Source of the DNA: a virus
Taxonomy: Duplodnaviria > Caudoviricetes
Length of the DNA stretch: 57,324 nucleotides
IMG/VR virus record: IMGVR_UViG_3300030329_003739
Span: 1-57,324 of that record
Reading direction: 5' to 3' (one strand)
The notes under the pieces were generated by a model that saw nothing but the letters and a program-made list of their open reading frames with translations, ran no database searches and had not been told where the DNA came from. This document shows, piece by piece, positions 1 to 8,289 of the stretch. The position numbers and the translations under genes were made by a program. The first letter of the stretch is position 1. Each line of letters begins with the position of its first letter.

Positions 1-67
1 TCTCGTCAGCTTGAGTCCATGCTTGAAGTTCAGTAGTAGCTTTAGCTGAGATAGTTACATTAGACAT
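1..67 (-). CDS. 5' part of a leftward gene running off the window edge (MSNVTISAKATTELQAWTQADE...)
   Basis: Minus strand reads AGGAGAcattgatATG at 67 and the frame stays open to position 1; absent from the ORF track because it is truncated. Confidence 0.55.
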   Translation of the reverse strand, partial: MSNVTISAKATTELQAWTQADE

Positions 68-596
68 ATCAATGTCTCCTAAGATAGAAAGAAAATTTAA
101 TTAGACTAGCAAACAAACTAGTCAACACTCTCAAAACAAAGGGCAGGGAATGGATTATCTCCGACAGGAGATAAGGAATGGACTGCCTAAACGTGGCTAG
201 AGAAGAGGAGACAAGGATATGTCGGACTCCAAGGGCTTGGGACAACGGGCATTTCATGTTGCCACCCCACAGCACAGTGACGCAAAGACAGGTGCGTGAG
301 GCGTGGTAGTTGAACGTGCAGTGGCGTACCTTGCTACACGCTGCTCGGTCAGTCAATCGGTTGTCTTTGCTGGAGCAAGTGGGAAATGCGAGGCGATGAA
401 GCGAAGGGGGCCCGATGCCCCAAGTGGTATCCCCCCTATATAATGTCCCACGCGGAGATTTTTTGCACTTTCCCAGCCAAAAGGCGGCTTTTCCACCAGA
501 ACTCTATGGGCAAATGGTCGCTCGCGTTTGTTGTTGGCCTGTTCGGAAAGTAAAATCTTTTCAAAACAATAATTTTTTTAGAAGGGGTTGGATGTT

Positions 597-619
597 TAAT
601 GTGACATTTTGTCATGTTA
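597..619. promoter_or_regulatory. 23-bp palindromic site, copy 1
   Basis: TAAtGTGACAtttTGTCATgTTA, intergenic. Confidence 0.8.
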
Positions 620-716
620 AGAATTAATTGGCGTATCTGGAAAACCAGTATTTTTCTTTTAGAGGCCACCCAGTTATAATCAGGGGATTGTACGAGAGTA
701 TGTAAGGAGAAAAGAA

Positions 717-1160
717 ATGCCATATCAGGCGCCAGCTCCACAGGAGCCAAATGTGTGGGGGCATCCAGACTACACCCCTAAATTCGATCCTAAGTTTGAT
801 ATTGTTAAACAAGATAACAATCCGTTTGGGCGAGATTACGATATAAACGCCACTCCACCGCCCCATTCAGCCAAGGCTCCGATTATAAGGGGAGGATCCA
901 TCCCTGAGATTCAGAAAGATATCGTCCTCCGCGATCGGTGGAGAACGGATAAGGCGACTTATGACGAGGAATACATGCGTCGGCAGGGAGAAATGCCTGA
1001 GCGTGAAGCGAGTAGATTGCAGCGAGAAGAACAAGAAAAGCTAAGGCAGAGAGAGAATGACATTAGAGAGATGTCAGAATTAGATCGACGTACTCCTAAG
1101 TATGGTAAGTTTGAAGGATTCCCTCTTTCGCCACCACCTGGACCAAGGACAATAAAATAA
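717..1160 (+). CDS. hypothetical protein, Pro-rich ends with a charged helical middle
   Basis: AAGGAGA RBS upstream; stop overlaps next start (TAATG); TATAAT at 675-680. Confidence 0.8.
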   Translation: MPYQAPAPQEPNVWGHPDYTPKFDPKFDIVKQDNNPFGRDYDINATPPPHSAKAPIIRGGSIPEIQKDIVLRDRWRTDKATYDEEYMRRQGEMPEREASRLQREEQEKLRQRENDIREMSELDRRTPKYGKFEGFPLSPPPGPRTIK

Positions 1161-4100
1161 TGTCTTTATCGGATTTGCGACAGCAAGCAAGCAAGACTGG
1201 CAATTATGAATCGCTTATCGGGGATCAATTATCCTTAGCCCAGTCTGTGCCCTACATAGGGCAGGGCTGGGATGAGTATTTTGATAAGTTAAACGATCCC
1301 AATCGCCACTGGTCAGAGCGATACAGGGATATTAGCTGGCTTACACCCGAACAGCTAGAAGCAGGGCAAAAGTATTATGAAGATGAAGCTGAAAGGCTTA
1401 GAGGTATCCACAAGTCATATGCAGATGATTGGTGGAATGCTGTCTCTGGCTCGCAAGAGTTTGCAGATTGGTCTAAGTGGTACTATAACGACATGCTTGA
1501 CCATAATATTTCTACATTCAATGAGCGCCCTTACAGGCTTGTTCAAAGTCCTTATGCAGATGGTGGGCGTTATAACTATACAGATGCAGATCCTGGATTA
1601 CACGATTCTTGGATAAGGCAGTATCTTAATCCAGATCGCCGCATGGACCGCCCTCACGGGGAAGACTTTGATATAACTCCTGAGATGATAGAGCGTTGGC
1701 GTGCTGGAGAAGACATATTTGCCAACATGAGCGGCCCCGGTGCTACCGAGTTTCTTTTAACGCCTGGCTTAAATCAGAAAAGATTTTGGGCTGAATATCA
1801 GGATGTTCGAGATGAGTTGCCTATTTATGAGGATTTCGATCCTGAAAATGAAAGAGTTAGGCATATTGATCCGAGCCGAGAATATAAGCATCATAACCTT
1901 GGATACAACCCTGAGAACCCATTTTCTATAGGCCCAGCGGATGAATTCATTTCCGATATGATAAACAGGTATCGGACTACTGGAAGAGCAGGACTTGGTA
2001 ACGAAGATTCTGCTAATGAGTCGTACGGTCATCCAGAGTATCACGCGATGCTGGACAAACTCAAGAATGATCCAAGGTTTAGCTATCAGTGGCAGGCGCT
2101 ACAAAGAGCAGAGGAAGATTTATCAGAAGCTAGAGAGCGGTTGGATTTTTCCAATATTAGAGACCGATCTGATGCGTTTTATGAGTCCGGGCTTCATGAG
2201 AATTTTGACAAGTGGAATGCGATCCTGGAAGGTGGAGCCAATAGGCCCATCAATAGGCTTATCTCTGACGATGCAGTATATTATTCTGATTCTCAGGCTC
2301 CATTTGGGGACTCTTGGAAGGTCCATGAACCAGATTACGTTAGTTCAGGTAAAAGCATTAAGGATATGATAGCTATGGGCTTGCGAGGCGGGCTAGCTCT
2401 TCAGGCCTTGGCTGGAATAAGGGATCCTTGGGGGAGGCCAGTGTTTGTTGATGGAGAGTTTCAGCACCATCCAGACCTTCCTGGAACTGAGGAGATGAGG
2501 GGCCCGGGCGGGATTTTCGATTTCCAAGGGAGATCATGGTCCAACCAGCCCACTGAGTGGCTTGATCCAGAAGAAGTAGACACGACGGAACCTGAATTAG
2601 TATCTGACCTTGCTGATAGAGAAGATGAAGTTACTGACGCAACAACAGTCGAAGAGGATGTAGTCCAGGAATCACCGAAAAAGGATTTGATAAATTATTC
2701 ATCGCCCGAAGAAAGGCAGGAGCACGCAAAACTTATCTGGAATATGGTTGCTGCAAATGGCGCGGTAGAAGCACAGGAAGGCGATGCTAATGATATTGAT
2801 GGAGATGGCTGGATAAGTCCTCGAGACTATATCATATTAGCAAATCCAGAAGTGGATGAAGAGACTGTAGTACCAGAAGATCCAGAAGTGGATGAAGAGC
2901 CTCAGCATACTTCCGTTTGGTCAGATGCCGTAGGGCCTCCTGAAACAGCGTACGGGGCTTTCTGGCAAGATCCCGGAAATCCAGAGGGAATACAGGCGCA
3001 AGACCTTGGAGCGTTTGCCGTAGACTCAACTACGGGCGTCCCTTTCGTGTTCGCCAGAAACGTGGGCGCTGGCTCGAATCGACATATGCCTTATGCTAAC
3101 CCAGAGCAAGGTCTTCGCTGGCTTCTAGGTAAAGGGGATTCAACCAGTGACTGGCACAAGGCTGTAGTTGAAGGATTTGTGGACCCATCAACTCTCACCC
3201 GTGAAGAATACGACTTTGCTAACGACTGGTGGAATCAGCAAATAGAGGAAAATCCATCTTATGCGGAAGGGTATGGCTACCTACCTTCATTTGAAAGTCT
3301 TGCTGACTTCCAGTTAGGTGAAACCCAAAGCGATCCTGTTGATTACATACGTCAGGTTGCTTTTGATTGGGATGGAATATCTGATGGTCAAGACTGGGCG
3401 CCACACGAAGACTGGGCCAATGACCCTAATAGAGCTTGGTATACACACCATCCATTGACGGGAGAGCCCTTAGAAAACTACGAGCAAAAGTATTATAGTG
3501 GATACTATGGGTACGGACACAAAACAGGGGACGGTTGGGTTACTGGCCAGGGACTTCCAGAACACCTAAATGTCCTAGATGTTGGCGCAGACCTTCCAGG
3601 CCAAAACCGAAGATTGCATACTGACGCTTCGGTTACTGAAGATATTATCAGGAACTACACTCCTGGAGACGGAGGTATCTTTGACTCCTCTGGGAATCTA
3701 AACACAAGCTCCACATCTACGGGTACTGTAGATGAAGACGAAGGTTTGTTTGACTCTGAAGGAAACTTGAACACCAGCAGCAACGTTAGCGGTAATCAAT
3801 CTACCCACAGCGAACTAGAACAGGTTATTGACTTAAATAAAGACGACCCTGATTTCATATGGGATCGTGATACTGATGAAGACGGGATTATATCACCAGT
3901 AGATCGACTTCATGATATTAGTGCAGCTCACCAAAATGCCGGTGGTGATACTGGAGGCGGTAGCGATACTGGCGGAGATGGCGGGGGTGATATTGTTGAT
4001 CCGGGAGATGGCAACGAAGAAAATCGTTTTGGAATGAAAGACGAAGACATTGTTGCTGGGCTGGGCAGAGAAGACACAACAGATCTCTTCCACCCCTACG

Positions 4101-4198
4101 GCTCTAAAGAGTACAATGAAAAACAAGGCAAAAGCGCATTTCACAAAGCGTTCGGGCTACATCGCAACACACCCACTCAGAATTACATAACTGAATAA
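1160..4198 (+). CDS. large acidic protein with two dockerin/EF-hand-like loops; possible virion or internal protein
   Basis: 1012-aa ORF, D/E/W/Y-rich; DIDGDGWISPRD and DTDEDGIISPVD; internal repeats (PEVDEE x2, GxFDSxGNLNTSS x2). Confidence 0.7.
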   Translation: MSLSDLRQQASKTGNYESLIGDQLSLAQSVPYIGQGWDEYFDKLNDPNRHWSERYRDISWLTPEQLEAGQKYYEDEAERLRGIHKSYADDWWNAVSGSQEFADWSKWYYNDMLDHNISTFNERPYRLVQSPYADGGRYNYTDADPGLHDSWIRQYLNPDRRMDRPHGEDFDITPEMIERWRAGEDIFANMSGPGATEFLLTPGLNQKRFWAEYQDVRDELPIYEDFDPENERVRHIDPSREYKHHNLGYNPENPFSIGPADEFISDMINRYRTTGRAGLGNEDSANESYGHPEYHAMLDKLKNDPRFSYQWQALQRAEEDLSEARERLDFSNIRDRSDAFYESGLHENFDKWNAILEGGANRPINRLISDDAVYYSDSQAPFGDSWKVHEPDYVSSGKSIKDMIAMGLRGGLALQALAGIRDPWGRPVFVDGEFQHHPDLPGTEEMRGPGGIFDFQGRSWSNQPTEWLDPEEVDTTEPELVSDLADREDEVTDATTVEEDVVQESPKKDLINYSSPEERQEHAKLIWNMVAANGAVEAQEGDANDIDGDGWISPRDYIILANPEVDEETVVPEDPEVDEEPQHTSVWSDAVGPPETAYGAFWQDPGNPEGIQAQDLGAFAVDSTTGVPFVFARNVGAGSNRHMPYANPEQGLRWLLGKGDSTSDWHKAVVEGFVDPSTLTREEYDFANDWWNQQIEENPSYAEGYGYLPSFESLADFQLGETQSDPVDYIRQVAFDWDGISDGQDWAPHEDWANDPNRAWYTHHPLTGEPLENYEQKYYSGYYGYGHKTGDGWVTGQGLPEHLNVLDVGADLPGQNRRLHTDASVTEDIIRNYTPGDGGIFDSSGNLNTSSTSTGTVDEDEGLFDSEGNLNTSSNVSGNQSTHSELEQVIDLNKDDPDFIWDRDTDEDGIISPVDRLHDISAAHQNAGGDTGGGSDTGGDGGGDIVDPGDGNEENRFGMKDEDIVAGLGREDTTDLFHPYGSKEYNEKQGKSAFHKAFGLHRNTPTQNYITE

Positions 4199-4213
4199 AC
4201 TGGAAGATAAAAT

Positions 4214-5101
4214 ATGTCTAGAAGACCTATGATGGGTATTATTGCTGGAAGGCCAGACATAATAATGCCTAAGATGACACCAGCACAACGACAGAGGCAT
4301 ATGGAAATTGCCCGTGCGCAAAAAGCAGCATTTCCTCGTCGTGGCAGAATTCCTACAGATAGGTATTATCAAGACATTATAAATGCCGCAAGAGATCGCG
4401 GCGCATATAGACGGCCGACGTACGGTGAAACCTACGGGCAAAGAATTGTCGATAGGCTAAATGGAAGACGCAGCAGCGGAAGCGGAAACTTTGGATTTAG
4501 GCGTGCTCCAGGTGCTAGGTACCAAAGACAAGAGCCAGTTCGTGGTAAGCTAACTGGCCCTGATATGCAGCGTGCCAGAGAAGCTGGGATGACCGCCGAT
4601 GAATGGCTAGCTTCAAGGGGCAGGGGGAGAGGCTCTCAAGCAACTTCCGGTATCTGGGCAGGCGATAAGTCTAGAGGGATTCCAGGTGAATGGGATCATC
4701 TGAAAGGAGATGGTAGAAGTCGCCCTGGTCGCTATGGAAGACGTAGGCCAATAGGTGGAGATTGGGTTATAGACGGCGGCTGGGATAGAGGCGGTAGAGT
4801 TTGGGACGATCCAGCTCCATCCAGAAGGAAAAGAAAAAGAAAAGATCGCAAGAAAAAGAAACGTCGTCGCTCCAGCAAGACTATGCCTATAAGTCGCCGA
4901 ACATTTGAGAGAGCACTTAATCGGTACGCACGAAGGGCACCACGAGACAATAGCCGGTATCGTCGAGATTTTTATGGCCAAAACCGTGGGGATGTAGACT
5001 ATAGTCGTAATCGCAGGGATTTCTTTGGCCACAACTTAAGGCCTAAGCGAAGACAATTTAATTTTAGAAAACGAATCGGCCCAAGCAACTACGGCCGGTA
5101 A
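4214..5101 (+). CDS. extremely Arg-rich basic low-complexity protein
   Basis: 295 aa, co-oriented in operon, contains RRKRKRKDRKKKKRRR tract. Confidence 0.75.
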   Translation: MSRRPMMGIIAGRPDIIMPKMTPAQRQRHMEIARAQKAAFPRRGRIPTDRYYQDIINAARDRGAYRRPTYGETYGQRIVDRLNGRRSSGSGNFGFRRAPGARYQRQEPVRGKLTGPDMQRAREAGMTADEWLASRGRGRGSQATSGIWAGDKSRGIPGEWDHLKGDGRSRPGRYGRRRPIGGDWVIDGGWDRGGRVWDDPAPSRRKRKRKDRKKKKRRRSSKTMPISRRTFERALNRYARRAPRDNSRYRRDFYGQNRGDVDYSRNRRDFFGHNLRPKRRQFNFRKRIGPSNYGR

Positions 5102-5120
5102 TAAAAGAGGAAAAAATAAT

Positions 5121-6572
5121 ATGACTGTAGTGATGCCCCCCGAATGGCAGATGAAGTTTATGGGTCTTGGCCAAAGCGGTACCAAAGGACTTGAAAACCG
5201 ATTTAGAGATGAATACTTTAACACCAAAGGCAAGCATAGGTATCTTAGGTCTGCAAGCAAATATCGAGGGAACAATCCGCAGCAAAGGCGACGCGATAGA
5301 GAACGATATAAGAAGATTGGATCTCGTCAATACGCCAGAAATGCTTACAACGCAATAAAAGATGCACGAAAAATTCATGCAGGCCTGTATAAAATGAATC
5401 TCTTCAGGCAGGTAGGCTGGAGGGAGAGTGAGATTCGCACTGAAAATGATTGGAACCGTTTTCTTCGTGATGTAGAAAACGCTGGAGGAATGGATGCCGT
5501 TAAAGCTAAGGCAGCTGAATCTGCTTGGTATACTATGAATAACGATCCTCAGTTTCGAAAACAAAAAGCTATATGGTCTAAATACCTAAAGCCTGAAGGA
5601 AGTGGCAAACCAGCTCCAGCGGGAGGCGGAGGACAAGGGTCAGGCGGCGGAATGCCTGGTGGAAGCGGTGGTGGCTTCGGCGGCGGAATGCCCGGCGGAG
5701 GTGGAACCGGAATGCCCGGTGGAATGCCTGGAGGCTTTGGAGGCGGGGCACAAGGTGGAAGGGGGAACTGGAGTCATGGTTCTGGTTTGCCTGGTGGAAA
5801 CAACTCTATGGGTGATTCGTTTTCTGGTTCAAGAGGCGCTAGTGGTCGTGGTCGCAGAGGAAGTTCAACAGGTGGGCGTAGATGGGGAGGCCGTCCTAGC
5901 ACAGGTTTAGCCGGTGGTCAAGGCGGTCGCGGTAGAATGAGCCAAAATGATTTTAGGCGTAGATATGGTAAGGTGGACGGCAGTCGTCCCGGTCGAGGAA
6001 GAAACAGCCGCATGAGCCAAAATGATTTTAGGCGTAGGTATGGTAAGGTGGACGGCAGTCGTCCCGGTCGAGGTGGTAGATGGTGGTTTCGGCAAGGTAT
6101 GCCTGGCACAAGCGGCTGGTGGCGCAGCCAAAGAGGTGGTCCCTACCAAACAGGGAATAAAGGCGGTGGTCCGAATCGCGGTCAATATGGAACGAGAAAT
6201 AACCCTGGAATGCCTGGCGCGAATGTGGACGGCAGTCGCCCCGGCCTAGGTGGTTTCGGAAGGCCTTTCAGGGGGCGACTTAATGTAGGCGGCAGTAGAT
6301 CACGACAACAGGGAAGAAAAACTCCTTATATGCAAAGAGGGTACGGACGAAGGTTCGATCGTTTCAGAAAAGGATTAGGCAGCAAAAGGCCTGCTCCAAT
6401 AGGCGGCTCTCGCGGTGGAGGCAGTTCTCGTGGTGGAGGCGGCTTTAGAGGATTCGTTAATCCTTATACTCTTGCCCGACGGCGAGGATATAAGGGAAGC
6501 TACGGAGACTGGATGCAAACAGAAGATGGCCAGAAGTACAAAAGAAATATTGAAGCTGGCTGGAAATATTAA
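5121..6572 (+). CDS. Gly/Arg-rich (RGG, GGMPGG) disordered basic protein
   Basis: 483 aa, AGAGGA RBS, tandem duplication MSQNDFRRRYGKVDGSRPGRG. Confidence 0.75.
   Translation: MTVVMPPEWQMKFMGLGQSGTKGLENRFRDEYFNTKGKHRYLRSASKYRGNNPQQRRRDRERYKKIGSRQYARNAYNAIKDARKIHAGLYKMNLFRQVGWRESEIRTENDWNRFLRDVENAGGMDAVKAKAAESAWYTMNNDPQFRKQKAIWSKYLKPEGSGKPAPAGGGGQGSGGGMPGGSGGGFGGGMPGGGGTGMPGGMPGGFGGGAQGGRGNWSHGSGLPGGNNSMGDSFSGSRGASGRGRRGSSTGGRRWGGRPSTGLAGGQGGRGRMSQNDFRRRYGKVDGSRPGRGRNSRMSQNDFRRRYGKVDGSRPGRGGRWWFRQGMPGTSGWWRSQRGGPYQTGNKGGGPNRGQYGTRNNPGMPGANVDGSRPGLGGFGRPFRGRLNVGGSRSRQQGRKTPYMQRGYGRRFDRFRKGLGSKRPAPIGGSRGGGSSRGGGGFRGFVNPYTLARRRGYKGSYGDWMQTEDGQKYKRNIEAGWKY
5937..6073 (+). repeat. 62-bp in-frame direct repeat x2, 75-bp period
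   Basis: 5937-5998 vs 6012-6073 with one mismatch; partial third copy near 6225. Confidence 0.9.
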
Positions 6573-6775
6573 TCTAGATTGGTAGCTAGATCTTCTTCTT
6601 GTTCTAACATAGCTGATAGCGCCCGTGCTTTTTGACCTATCGAAAGGCATACGGCGCTTAGCTGTTTATTCTCTTTGGTCTCATCTATCTGTAATAGATC
6701 TGCTGCCGAGTTTAGCGCTGCTTTTGCAAAACGGATATTAGCTAAATGTTTCCGCGGATCGACCATTATACTCAA
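6569..6775 (-). CDS. hypothetical protein
   Basis: 68-aa helical ORF, last gene of a tightly packed leftward cluster. Confidence 0.55.
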   Translation of the reverse strand: MSIMVDPRKHLANIRFAKAALNSAADLLQIDETKENKQLSAVCLSIGQKARALSAMLEQEEDLATNLD

Positions 6776-6968
6776 CCAGTTCCTTCAAGACTTTCATCAT
6801 GCTGTCACATAGCATTACGCCTTCAGCTACATACATACATTCAGGCTCTTCAAAATCTGCATACACACGAGCAACCTCCTTCATGGTTTTCTGAAGTGCC
6901 AATCCGGCTTGATATAAATTATTGTTAATTGTATCTTTCTGTCTTTGTGTGAAAGCGATATTACTCAT
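6738..6968 (-). CDS. hypothetical protein (start moved to MSNIAF)
   Basis: GGAGGG RBS before ATG at 6968; overlaps the upstream stop. Confidence 0.65.
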   Translation of the reverse strand: MSNIAFTQRQKDTINNNLYQAGLALQKTMKEVARVYADFEEPECMYVAEGVMLCDSMMKVLKELVEYNGRSAETFS

Positions 6969-7302
6969 CTTTAGCCCTCCTAACACATTCCTCAAGATAT
7001 GTAATCGCTTTTTCATAATCTTGAACTGCGGTGTTTCCTTCCTTCTTTCCTGCTCGACAAATGTATTTAAGTGCATTGCCAGCCCAAAAATCTAGATGCC
7101 ATGCCTCGATAGCATCCCAAGGCTGTATCTTTTGGTCATAGTGTTTTGGTGGTTCTCTTCTTTTCACTTCTATACTCCAAGCGCATTCTAAACACTGCAC
7201 ATGCTTTTTGAGGGGGGCGCTTCCAAAGGAGCACGAATACCCTCTTAGATTTTCACTGCCACAATTCCTACAAGTTGTTATCTTCATATTGGACACAGCC
7301 AT
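6961..7302 (-). CDS. zinc ribbon plus DUF3310-type domain protein
   Basis: CRNC...CLEC, then PKHY...WDAIEAW.LDFWAGNALKYICRAGKK...DYEKAITYL, typical of DUF3310. Confidence 0.85.
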   Translation of the reverse strand: MAVSNMKITTCRNCGSENLRGYSCSFGSAPLKKHVQCLECAWSIEVKRREPPKHYDQKIQPWDAIEAWHLDFWAGNALKYICRAGKKEGNTAVQDYEKAITYLEECVRRAKDE

Positions 7303-7531
7303 AATCTTCTCTTGTGTTTAATATACTTATTAGATTGCTAGGGCCTTGAAGCTCTACCCAAAGCTCCTCTTCTTCTACAGGAGACTGCTCTACAACGAAT
7401 ATGACACTCTCTGTAAGAGTTTCGTGAGCGCTGGCTTGGGTTAGTAGGCACAATGACCAGTTTGATTCTTCTTTAGTTTCTGCCCAAAATCGGCAGGTCT
7501 TACATGATATTTCAGGCATATCCAGCTGCAT
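7268..7531 (-). CDS. small Cys-containing hypothetical protein
   Basis: CKTCRFW...C...DYGC pattern; overlapping gene packing. Confidence 0.65.
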   Translation of the reverse strand: MQLDMPEISCKTCRFWAETKEESNWSLCLLTQASAHETLTESVIFVVEQSPVEEEELWVELQGPSNLISILNTREDYGCVQYEDNNL

Positions 7532-7781
7532 TCCATATTTTCTTGTATTGAGTTCGATACTCTAATCCATCCTCTGGATCTTCAAGTTCCGACTCAGATA
7601 CAAATTCTATCAAGCGATCCCTTGGAGTGACGAAATAATATCCACCGAAATCCCACAAGTACCTGACTAACAGCTTAGTCGGATCTTCTTGTTGATTCCA
7701 GTAGTCACCCTCCCAGACCATCACATCTCCTTTGCGTGGTCCTCGATCAGCTTCAATGGTGAGAACGTAGTATCTTTTCAT
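7512..7781 (-). CDS. hypothetical protein
   Basis: AAGGTG RBS-like sequence; first gene of the leftward cluster. Confidence 0.65.
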   Translation of the reverse strand: MKRYYVLTIEADRGPRKGDVMVWEGDYWNQQEDPTKLLVRYLWDFGGYYFVTPRDRLIEFVSESELEDPEDGLEYRTQYKKIWNAAGYA

Positions 7782-7790
7782 AGACGCACC

Positions 7791-7960
7791 TTGGGCTCAG
7801 AATATATACCTATTACTGTTTTAATAGGCCGACTCTGGCAACTAACTTCATTTTAGCGAAGTCAATTCTAAGGTACACTCCCGCGTCCGGTAATCGTCGC
7901 GGGCTCACCCTCAGCAGTTCTTTAGCCAAATATTGCGCTGGCGGAGTCTGTGGTGCCCAA
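7791..7960 (-). ncRNA. candidate structured RNA or 5' leader of about 165 nt
   Basis: Ends pair (TTGGGC/GCCCAA); internal stems CCCGCG/CGCGGG, AATTGACTTC/GAAGTTAGTT, CCTATTA/TAATAGG; begins just after the promoter. Confidence 0.4.
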
Positions 7961-7962
7961 TT

Positions 7963-7991
7963 AAGATACTTGTATATTCCTGTGGGTTCAA
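7963..7991 (-). promoter_or_regulatory. sigma70-like leftward promoter
   Basis: Minus strand TTGAAC-17 nt-TATCTT. Confidence 0.55.
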
Positions 7992-8010
7992 GTAACCGTA
8001 TAATATTTTT

Positions 8011-8289
8011 ATGGTTAAAAAGATTAAAAGTTTGTTCAATGGCATTGAGTATGTCGTTAGATATACTCACATGCGCAAGAACCGAGGCTCGTGCGACCAT
8101 CCAAAAAAGAAAGAGCCTGAGATTCTTATAGATACAAAGCTCACAGGCAACGAAGAGCTTGAAGTTACCATTCATGAAATGTTGCACGCCCTGGCGTTCA
8201 AGATGTTCGATGAAGAATGGGTATATGATAGCGCTATAGATTTAGCGAATGCACTTTATAAGTTAGGTTGGAGAAAAGATGGCCGGTAG
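8011..8289 (+). CDS. small HEXXH zinc metallopeptidase-like protein, probably leaderless
   Basis: TIHEMLHAL motif; TATAAT at 7999-8004 only 6 nt before ATG, no SD. Confidence 0.75.
   Translation: MVKKIKSLFNGIEYVVRYTHMRKNRGSCDHPKKKEPEILIDTKLTGNEELEVTIHEMLHALAFKMFDEEWVYDSAIDLANALYKLGWRKDGR

Noticed and set aside
1-10. Terminal inverted repeat (CTCGTCAGC at 2-10 vs 57206-57214) or circular overlap
   Set aside because: Only 9 bp, not at the right-hand end, and inside a coding frame; no direct terminal repeat is visible, so completeness cannot be claimed
597-619. 23-bp palindromes as crossover sites for the serine recombinase
   Set aside because: The centre is 3 bp rather than the 2-bp overlap of serine recombinases, and recombination among five sites would scramble essential operons
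69-866. ORFs 69-356, 415-627, 436-750 and 624-866
   Set aside because: No RBS, atypical composition, mutually overlapping in a probable regulatory region
4883-4930. Second Tat motif MPISRRTFERAL inside the Arg-rich gene
   Set aside because: Internal, no hydrophobic region, and RR pairs are expected by chance in this composition
5937-6073. CRISPR-like or mini-array repeat
   Set aside because: Two in-frame coding copies with a 13-bp gap, no spacer series and no cas genes
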